This document shows positions 54,870-64,000 of a stretch of 64,000 bases of DNA, piece by piece. The stretch is from the human T2T-CHM13v2.0 reference genome, Homo sapiens. Positions within the stretch are counted from its first letter, which is position 1. Each line of letters begins with the position of its first letter. A program made the translations under genes and the position numbers. The notes beneath the pieces were generated by a model that saw only the letters and a list, made by a program, of their open reading frames with translations, ran no database searches and had not been told where the DNA came from. The stretch lies in the NCBI RefSeq assembly GCF_009914755.1, contig NC_060932.1; one strand, given 5' to 3'.

Positions 54870-55165
54870 GGCCGGGGGCGGTGGCTCATGCCTATAATCC
54901 CAGCACTTTTGGGAGGCTGAGGTGGGCGGATCACCTGAGGTCAGGAGTTCGAGACTAGCCTGGCCAACATGGTGAAACCCCATCTCTACTAAAAATACAA
55001 AAATTAGCCAGGTGTGGTGGCAGGCACCTCTAATTCCAACTACTTGGGAGGCTGAGGCAGGAGAATCACTTGAACCTGGGGGGCGGAGTTTGCAATAAGC
55101 CAAGATCACACCACTTCACTCCAGCCTGAGCGAAAGAGTGAGATTCCAACTGAGAAAAAAAAAAA
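54870..55165 (+). mobile_element. AluSx/Sq nested in the L1
   Basis: gatcacctgaggtcaggagttcgag; TSD aaaaagtgggc(c/g)aag at 54855 and 55166. Confidence 0.97.
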
Positions 55166-56154
55166 AAAAAGTGGGCGAAGTACATGAACAGACACTTTTC
55201 AGAAGAAAACATATGTATGGCCAACAAGCATATGAAAAAAAGCTCAATATCACTGATCATTAGAGAAGTGCAAATCAAACCACAGTGAGATACCATCTCA
55301 CACTAATCAGAATTGCTATTATTAAAAAGTCAAAAAATAACAGATGCTGGTGAGGTTGTGGAAAAAAGGGAATGCTTATACACTGTTAGTGGGAGTTTAA
55401 ATTAGTTTAAATTAGTGGGAGTTTAAAACCATTGTGGAAAGCAGTGTGGTGATTCCTTAAAGAGATAAAAACAGAATTACCATTTGAGCCAGCAATCCTA
55501 TTACTGGATATATACCCAAAATAATATAAATCATTTTACCATAAACTCACAAGCACGCATATGTTCACTGCATTACTATTCATAATAGCAAAGACATGGA
55601 ATCAACTAAAAGCTTATCAATGACAGATTGGATAAAGAAAATGTCGTACATATACACCATGGAATATTATACTGCCTTAAAAAAAGAATGAGATCATATC
55701 TTTTGCAGGAACATGAATACAGCTTAAGGCCATTATCCTTAGCAAAGTAACACAGAAACAGAAAACAAAATACTGCATGTTCTCACTTATAAGTGGGAGC
55801 TAAATGATGAGAACACATGGACACATAGATGGGAACACAGAAACTGGGGCCTACTTGAGGGTGAAGGGTGGGAGGAGGGAGAGGATAAGAAAAAATAACA
55901 ATTGAGTACTAGACTTAGCACCTGCCTGACGAAATAATCTGTACAACAAACTCCTGTGGCATGAGTTTCTCTATATTACAAACCTGCACATAGTACCCCA
56001 AACCTAAAATAAAAGTTTTAAAAATTCAGTTCTATCAACACATAACCCTCTGAACAAAGTACTTCCAACTACCTACTCTGTTTCCATGTCTTAGAGGACA
56101 TATTCAACCATCCCTATCTGAATGTGCCTTCCCAAGCCTTCGAAATTCTTCCAA

Positions 56155-56760
56155 GTTATTCAACAAACAATCATTGAGTACTAACTCTGGATCAGGCACT
56201 ATCTAATCACTGGCACACAAAAATGACTAAAATACTATCCTTGCCCTCACATATCTCCCAATCTTGTGCCAGAAAGGCACCTAAACAGAAACCCCCACTA
56301 TAATGTGGTATATGCTGTGAAAGAAATATGCACAGGATGCTACGGTAGAACAGGTAAAGGGTATCTGATCTAGTATACCCTGAGATGGCTGTGGGGAAAA
56401 ATAGAACAGAAATTCCGGAGGAAGTATTGACTGAATTCACTCTTAAAGAATCAGCGAAAAATCACCTGGGGTAGGTTTGGGAAAGGAAGAGAATAGAATT
56501 CTAGGCAGTAGGGACAACGTTAGCAAATGCATGAAGACTAAAAACAATAAAATATGTGCTGATAACCATAAGTAGTTCACTATTGCTGAAAAAGAAAGTG
56601 ACACTTGGAAGAATAGCAAGAGGCATCAGGGTTGGGATTATGAGACCTAGAAAACCATGTAAAGGAGTTTGAACTCCATCTCCTAGGCAATGCAGAATCA
56701 TTGAGTGCTTATAAGTAGCAGAGGGATGTGGTTAGACTTGTTATTTAGATAAACCATTCC
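56155..56760 (-). mobile_element. L2 fragment
   Basis: tattcaacaaacaatcattgagtac...catgtaaaggagtttgaactccatc...gggatgtggttagactt. Confidence 0.7.
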
Positions 56761-56787
56761 CTATACTTTGTTTTCTATATGTACATT

Positions 56788-57148
56788 TGTTATGGTCTGA
56801 ATGTTTGTGTCTCCCCAGATTTCATAGGTTGAAACTAATCCCCAATGTGAGAGGATTAAGAGGCAGGGTTTAAGGGAGGTGATTAGGTTATGAGGAGTCT
56901 GTTCTCATTAATGGCATTAGTGTCTTCATAAAAGAAGTTTGAAGAAGGCTTTTTGCCACTTCCACCATATGAGGACACATAGAAGGTGCCATCTATGAGG
57001 AAGCCCCCGACCCCGCCCAAACACCAAATCTGCTGGAGCCTTGATCTTAGACTTTCCAGCCCCCAGAACTGTGAGCAATAAATTTCTGTTGTTTATAAAT
57101 TACCCAGTCTAAGGTACTTTGTTGGGGCAATTTGAATGGACTAATACA
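56788..57148 (+). mobile_element. MaLR solo LTR (MSTD/MLT1A-like)
   Basis: tgttatggtctgaatgtttgtgtc...agaactgtgagcaataaatttctgttgtttataaattacccagtc...ggactaataca. Confidence 0.88.
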
Positions 57149-60100
57149 GCCTTCCTCTAAAAAAGTGGCCCATAGCTTTCATCAGATTCTAAAAGGTATC
57201 CATGACCCAAAAGGATCATGGACCTTGGCATGGAGAATAATTCTAAATATGACCATTTATCAGAAGTATCTGTTCATATGTTAAAATAGTCAGATGATAG
57301 GACATACCCCATGCCTATTGAATCAGACTTAGGATGTGGGCATAGAAATCTATATGTTTTTTAAAGCTCCTTTAGTGGTGCTGATAGGCATACAAATTCA
57401 GGAGCCATTGATCAGGACCAAGAGAGCTAGATTTCAACTCTTAACTGCCAAGGATTCATCCACATAGACTCTATCTCTTTTTGTTTACTTGCATTATCAA
57501 TGACCTTTTCCCTCGAATGAGGTCTTAACTTCATGTGAGAATGTGTCCTTACTTTTGAAAACTACAGTAGGATAATCATTAAATTGCTGGATAAGGCAAC
57601 CCCAATTTTCTTGCAGGAGCCATGGCCCACCTTTAGTAATTTAGTTGGGTGATTCCCTTAGATAATCTGTGATCCAGGCTAACTCAAAAAGGTAATTGGC
57701 TTTTGCATGGTTATTTAAGGAGCGGTTTTGTAGCATTCATGTAGGATGCATAAGGTATTCACCTAAATAACATGAAGACAGTTGTTTCCATAATTAAAGA
57801 TTAAGTGATATATTGCAGAGTTGTTGCCTTTAAGCAGTTTGAGGCTTTATTTTTATAGAAACTACAAGATGATGGGCGAGGAAAAAAGGGGGCCTCAAAA
57901 TAAAGTATTTAGACAATGTTATGCAAAAAATAGCTAAAGGAATTTGTTCCTGCCAATTTCTACAAGCTATAAATAAAGAGTTAGGGAGTGAAAAGGAATA
58001 AACCAACATGTAATGCTTCTGAGATATGCTTGGCTTAAAGATACTTTTTTCTTCAAAAAGGTTGGAAACAGATTGGCCATAGATATAATATTCAGTGAAA
58101 AATCTGAATGTTCTCTTTCTTACCTAAGGAAGGGGGTGGAATATCATACCCATTTGTTGCGAAAACTAGGTCAGATTATATCCATTCATAGATGCTCTAA
58201 GTCAGAGCTAGACCAAGGGTTTGGGATCATGAAGAATAACAAAACATATTAGTCACCCGATACAGATAATTTCCCATATCTGTCAAAAATGCAAAATGTC
58301 TATCACTCTTAGCCCTCTCCTCCCCTCCCATCTTCAGAAGCAGTTTTGCCTATCATGACCATCGTCTCTACGTGGTTAAATTGTATTATTGATAATGTCA
58401 ACACACTGGTTGATCCTTTGACTCAAGGTGACTTGGTTTGGAAATGGGTTCATTTTCCCACTGAGAATCTTCAGGCCAATTAATTCAACCTTATTTGGAA
58501 ACTACAGGTAATTAATTATTTTTTGTTAACCTTGAGCACTCCCACAAGATAGGATAGCAAAAAATAAAAGATTTGGTGGGATTTCACGTGCTATATTTAG
58601 TGGAAATGTCATATAAACTGGAGGATGAAATCTTCCTACAAAATCAAAATCCAATATATGGAAAGACTGCTAAGAAATAGGACTGTCTTACTTAGTAAGA
58701 GACAGGCCGTTTCTGCTGTAACTTTCTATGATTTTAAGCATTTAGGAAGGCATTCCTTACCCCAGTATTAGTAGAATCTAAGGAGTCCCTGGATAACCTT
58801 TAGGGAGTCCATGAAACTCTTTAATGATGTCATATTATGAAATGTCAAATATTGTGTGCATGTGCTTATGTGTATCCCTGGGCCAGAAGTCATAACTTTA
58901 ACTGAATCTTAAAGAAGTGTGGGACCCAACAAGCTTGAAAACCAATTGCTCTAGCATTTCCACAGTAATGCAAAGCCTACTTTCGTAAGTCCTGAATGTC
59001 TCCCTATGGTATAGCCAATCTACTTTTAGGAAAGGTGCTGTGTTGTCTTCTTATTGGCTAATATTTGTTTTCAAAAATGCATTTCGTTTATTGTCTGTGA
59101 ATTTGCATATTCATAACACATCTTAAATTGAAGTATAACATAGTAAAGTGCATAAAGAGAGGTTAAGTATACAATTCCTTGAGTTATGACAGTTATATGT
59201 ACACTTGTAACCACCTCCCAAATCAAGATATAAAAGATTTAAATTACCCTAGGCACTTCTCTCATAATGCTTTAGTTATTTCTCACCTCCTTCCCAATGC
59301 AGAGACAACCACTGTTCTTATTATTATCATCACAAATTATTTTTGCCAATTTCAAAACTTCATAACAGTATTTTCTTAATGGCATCTTCTAATGAACTTT
59401 TCACTGAAAGAAACTTTTCATCAAAATTGTTTATTTTTATTTTTATTCCTTTATTTCATATTTTTTTTTTATGATTACTTTTTGTTTGTCCTAAGAAATG
59501 TTTTCTTACTCCAAGGTCATAAAAATAGTCTCCAACCTTTTCTTAAATACCACTGCTTTTGATATGTTGATCTTGTATAGTAAGACCTTCATATATTCAC
59601 TTATTTCTATTAGTTTTTTGTAGATTCTTTGGGGTTTCTAAATACTTCTAAGTAGAATTGAAATAGCTTTACTTCATCCTTTTCAATCTTTATGACTTTA
59701 ATTTTTTATTATTGGTATTACTGCACTGGCTGGGATTCCAGTACAATGTTGAATAGAAATGGTGAGAGTGGACTTTGAACTGTTTCTGATCTTAGAGGGA
59801 AAGTACTCAATGATTCACCATTGATTATAATGTTAACTGTAGGGTTAACATGTTGAGAAAGTTAATCAGGTTGATAAAGTCCCCTTCTGTTTCTATTTTA
59901 CTGAGACTATTTATAATAAACAGTGGTTGAATTTTGTTAATGCTTTTTCTGTATTTTTTGAAATGATCTTATTATTTTTCTCTTTGCTAAAAATGTGAGT
60001 AACCTTGAGTTGACTTTCTGTGTAAATCAACCTTGTGTCCCAGGAAAAAACTCCAATTGATCATGATGTGTTATCCTTTTTATACATTGCTGTATTCAAT

Positions 60101-60506
60101 ATGCTAATATATTTATTTTTTGTGTCTATTTCATGAGGGATATCAGTATGTAATTGTTTTTTCTTGTTATATCTTTGTTGGTTTTATTAATCAACATTAT
60201 GCTAACTTCATACAATATATTGGAACATGCTCCCTCCTTTTATTTTCTGGAAGGGTTCATGTAACACTGAAATTATTTCATTTTTAAACATTTGATATAA
60301 TTCATTAAAAATCCAATTGTTCCTTGATATTTTCTAAAGAAAAGGTCATTGTTACAAATTCAAAACCTTAATAAATATAAGGCCATTTATATTTTCTGTT
60401 TCTTTTTGTGTTGGTTTTGGTAAATTTGTATTTTTCAAAAAGTTTTTCACTTTAACTTGTTAAATTTATTGGTATTAATTTTTCATAATGTTCTCTTTTT
60501 GGTCTT

Positions 60507-61072
60507 TAAGAGTTAATTTAATTTAATGAGTGTACATTATTTTTTAAAATAAAAAAGAAAAACTTGAAAATGCAAATTAACAACCACATCCCCATTTGCC
60601 CCAATACGCTGTAGACCCCACCACAAACACAATACAGATGAGTGAATCAACAGTAACGTGCTCAGAGCTGGGGCATGTGACTGTTATGACCGAGTTCCAT
60701 ATTATTGTCTACACCTAATGCAATGGTGCAATAGAGATCCATGTGATGTGGCACTTCACCATGGAAGGTTTTGGAGATTGCTGAATCGAGACAGGCAGTG
60801 GAATATAATAGAAAGCACACTCGGAAATAGATTGGTTGATTCGTAGATTTACTAGTAATTATTATGTGACCAGGGACAATCTCTTAACTTCCTTATGCCT
60901 CGTGGTGCAGCAAAATATCACAAATCACCACTAATGAACTTACTGATATAACCAAACACCACTTGTTCCCCAAAAACCTATGGAAATAAAAATAAATAAA
61001 TAAATAAATAAACCAAAATACCTCCATATTGACCAGATAAGGAAACTGAGGCATAAGGAAGTTAAGAGGTTG
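60507..61072 (-). mobile_element. L1PB 3' end plus 3'-transduced DNA (MIR and unique sequence) with a 5' inversion
   Basis: 15-bp direct repeat tctctttttggtctt at 60492 and 61073; L1PB1-like terminus at 60902-61011; 27-bp inverted duplication 60875-60901 / 61048-61074. Confidence 0.85.
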
Positions 61073-61232
61073 TCTCTTTTTGGTCTTCTAATACCTTCTA
61101 ATACCTGTATAGTGATGTTCTCTCTTTTGTTCCTCATATTGGTCATTTGTGTAATTAAGGTCTGCTAGAGATGAAATTTCTCAACTATTGTCTGTCTGAA
61201 ACTATTCTTGCCATTCTTTTGAAGGATTTTTT

Positions 61233-62049
61233 TTAATTAGACTTTAAGTTCTAGGGTACATGTGCACAACGTGCAGGTTTGTTACATATGTATACATGTG
61301 CCATGTTGGTGTGCTGCACCCATTAACTCGTCATTTAGCATTAGGTATATCTCCTAATGCTATCCCTCTCCCCTCCCCCCACCCCATGACAGGTCCCCGT
61401 GTGTGATGTTCCCTTTCCTGTGTCCATGTGTTCTCATTGTTCAATTCCCACCTATGAGTGAGAACATGTGGTGTTTGGTTTTTTTGTCCCTGAGATAGTT
61501 TGCTGAGAATGATGGTTTCCAGCTTCATCCATGTTCCTACAAAGGACATGAACTCATCATTTTTTATGGCTGCATAGTATTCCATGGTGTATATGTGCCA
61601 CATTTTCTTAATCCAGTCTATCATTGATGGACATTTGGGTTGGTTCCAAGTCTTTGCTATTGTGAATAGTGCTGCAATAAACATACATGTGTATATGTCT
61701 TTATAGCAGCATGATTTATAATCCTTTAGGTATATACCCAGTAATGGGATGGCTGGGTCAAATGGTATTTCTAGTTCTAGATCCTTGAGGAATTGCCACA
61801 TTGTCTTCCACAATGGTTGAACTAGTTTACAGTCCCACCAACAGTGTAAAAGTGTTCCTATTTCTCCACATCCTCTCCAGCACCTGTTGTTTCCTGACTT
61901 TTTAATGATCGCCATTCTAACTGGTGTGAGATGGTATCTCATTTTGGTTTTGATTTGCATTTCTCTGATGGCCAGTGATGATGAACATTTTTTCATGTGT
62001 CTGTTGGCTGCATAAATGTCTTCTTTTGAGAAGTGTCTCTTCATATCCT
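61233..62049 (-). mobile_element. L1PA3/4 3' fragment; ORF2 C-terminus still open
   Basis: ORF 61331-62134 contains the L1 ORF2p C-terminal domain ([19 protein letters not shown]); TSD ttttgaaggat(t/a)tttt at 61217 and 62050. Confidence 0.97.
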
Positions 62050-62404
62050 TTTTGAAGGATATTTTTAGAGGGCACTTTTTATCTTTGATTCTCAATAACT
62101 TGACTATTTTGTGCTCAGGTATATTTTTCTTCATATTTATCCTGTTTGGAATTGATTGAGTTTCTTGGATTTGTGAGTTAATCTAAAGATTACATCCATT
62201 TTTGAAAAGTTCTCAGCCATTGTGTCTTCAAATATTTTTTTCTCCCCTATTCACTCTAACCTCTTTTTTGGAGGACTCTAATTATTTAAAGTTAGACTGT
62301 TAGATATTATCCTTCTCTTGTGGAAGCTCTCTTTGTGTTTTAAATGATTTTTTCTTTTTACATTTCAGTTTGGATAATTTTTATTGATATGTCTTTAAGT
62401 TCAC

Positions 62405-62409
<5 letters not shown>

Positions 62410-62447
<38 letters not shown>

Positions 62448-62706
62448 AGACAGAGTCTTGCTCTGTTGCCTGGGCTGTAGTGCAGTGGCACGATCCGGTT
62501 CACTGCAAGATCCGCCTCCTGGGTTCACGTCATTCTCCTGCCTCAGCCTCCCAAGTAGCTGGGACTAAAAGTGCCCGCCACCACGCCCAGTTAATTTTTT
62601 GTATTTTTAGTAGAGACAGGGTTTCACTGTGTTAGCCAGGATGGTCTTGATCTCCTGACCTCGTGATTCGCCCGCCTCAGCCTCCCGAAGTGCTTGGATT
62701 ACAGAC
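62410..62706 (-). mobile_element. AluY, slightly 5' truncated, long pure tail
   Basis: ctgcaagatccgcc, gttagccaggatgg; TSD aagttcactgatt at 62397 and 62707. Confidence 0.97.
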
Positions 62707-64000
62707 AAGTTCACTGATTCTTTAGTCTGCTACATTCAGTCTGTTGTTAAACCCATCAAACAAATTATTTCTGATATTTCTATAGAATTTCCATTTAGTT
62801 CTTTTCTATCTTTTCATGTTTCTGCTTAAACTCCTCAGCTTTTCAATAATGTTGTGCATTGTTCTCACTAGATTATTTAACATATTTATAACAATTATCT
62901 TAAAGTTATTTTCTGCTAATTCCAACAGTTGGGTTGTATGTGGATCTCCTCTATTAATTTTTTCCTCTTTATCATAGGTATATTTTTCTGTTTCTTTGTA
63001 TGTCTTGTAATTTTGTATTATATACTAGAAATTGTGTATAAAAATGATAGTTATGACTACAGTAATACTGTGCTCAGAAAATATCATGCTTCTTCTTCTG
63101 TTAGGCTGCTGGTGAGAGATCTCAATCTGATTTGTAGTTGAGCAGGGTCTGGGCTTCATTGCAGCTTTAGTTAGATTCTGTTCACCACTGGCTTCAAATA
63201 TTTGAGGATGGGGTTGAGACTTTCCCTTCAGTGGGCTTTGAATCTCAGCACTACCACCACCAGACTCTAAAGGTCTCTATAGCTTACAGTTCAGCTTCCA
63301 GAATTCCAAGTACCATGAAAATGCTCTGTGCTTTATAGTTCAGCTGCCAGTTTTTTGGGGAACAGAGAAATTTCCTTTGCTTTTCATCTCTATCCCTAGG
63401 TCTCCTTACCTTGGGAGATCTATTTCTCCCCAGGCTGTTACACACTGCTCCCAGCCTTCAGCAAGACATTGCATTGCACTTGATGACAGCACCTCAGGGC
63501 ATCTATCTCAGCAATCCTGCCCCTTCCCCAGCTTTCATTAAGTCACTACTTTGCATTTGATTAAGGTCCTGTGTACCTTCAAAATAGACTCTCTCAGCCC
63601 TCATGCCTTGCTCCCAGGCTTTAGGGAATTGCTGACTTATACTTGGTGAAGGTCCTGTGAACCTCAGGGTTATTTTTCGTAACTTCCTTGTCCTTGTCCT
63701 TAGCCTTTGATTGGCCAGTGCCATGTATTCGGCGGAAGTTCAATATACCTGGGTGGGGACATCTTTTCTGTGTGCTTCAGGGAAATCTTTCTCAACTTTC
63801 TTGCTCTTCCCCTGGTCTTTAGTAGGCCACCGCCTTGCACTGTTATGGTCCTCTGCATCTTGGAATGGAGGGGATCTTTCTCAGTGTTCTTGCCCTGTCC
63901 TCAGTCATTGGTGGGCCACTGCATTTTACCCAGTAAAGATCCAGTGTGCCTCAGGCGGATTTCTCTTGGACCTCCTATCCTGCCTCTAGCATTGAGTATC

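Larger units (their letters stand above)
48502..56019 (+). mobile_element. 5'-truncated L1PA13-16 (ORF1 remnant to 3'UTR) hosting four younger insertions
   Basis: Decayed ORF1 and ORF2 (e.g. 53869-54201 [14 protein letters not shown]...[10 protein letters not shown]); 3'UTR aaataatctgtacaacaaac...acctaaaataaaag; TSD aaaaatt(g/c)agttct at 48488 and 56020. Confidence 0.95.
59120..63050 (-). mobile_element. Old L1M fragments hosting three younger insertions
   Basis: ttaaattgaagtataacata 3' end; cagtacaatgttgaatagaaatggtgagagtggac ORF2 remnant; T-rich antisense L1 continues to about 63050 and possibly further. Confidence 0.8.

Noticed and set aside
55386-55427. Small duplication ttagtgggagtttaaa inside the old L1
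   Set aside because: Ordinary local slippage in dead L1 sequence.
61331-62134. Longest ORF (267 aa) as a gene
   Set aside because: It is the L1 ORF2p C-terminus of a truncated L1PA3/4, with an N-terminus read from flanking older L1 and a frameshifted tail; no promoter or splice evidence.

Overview
Hominoid (human or great ape) nuclear DNA, intergenic or deep intronic. The taxon follows from an SVA plus AluY and L1PA3/4 elements. I found no credible protein-coding gene, RNA gene or CpG-island promoter; the ORF track is explained by repeats, low-complexity DNA and chance. Most of the window is transposon-derived: L2, MIR, MaLR LTRs, hAT and Tigger DNA transposons, L1s of many ages, 13 Alus and one SVA. 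The most unusual structures are retrotransposition products readable from their junctions: (1) a 566-bp TSD-flanked insert at 60507-61072 that reconstructs as an ancient L1PB 3' transduction with a twin-priming inversion inside the transduced DNA; (2) a 5'-inverted, internally deleted Alu at 6488-6630; (3) an SVA inside an Alu inside an L1, with a 39-bp tandem duplication across the target-site/SVA junction; (4) an Alu with a 21-bp TSD and 19 extra 5' bases; (5) a twin-primed L1PA. A repeat-poor stretch at 11.5-13.8 kb has a cluster of AAGGTCA nuclear-receptor motifs. Subfamily names are from recalled consensus sequences, not a database search, and the ends of old repeats are approximate.
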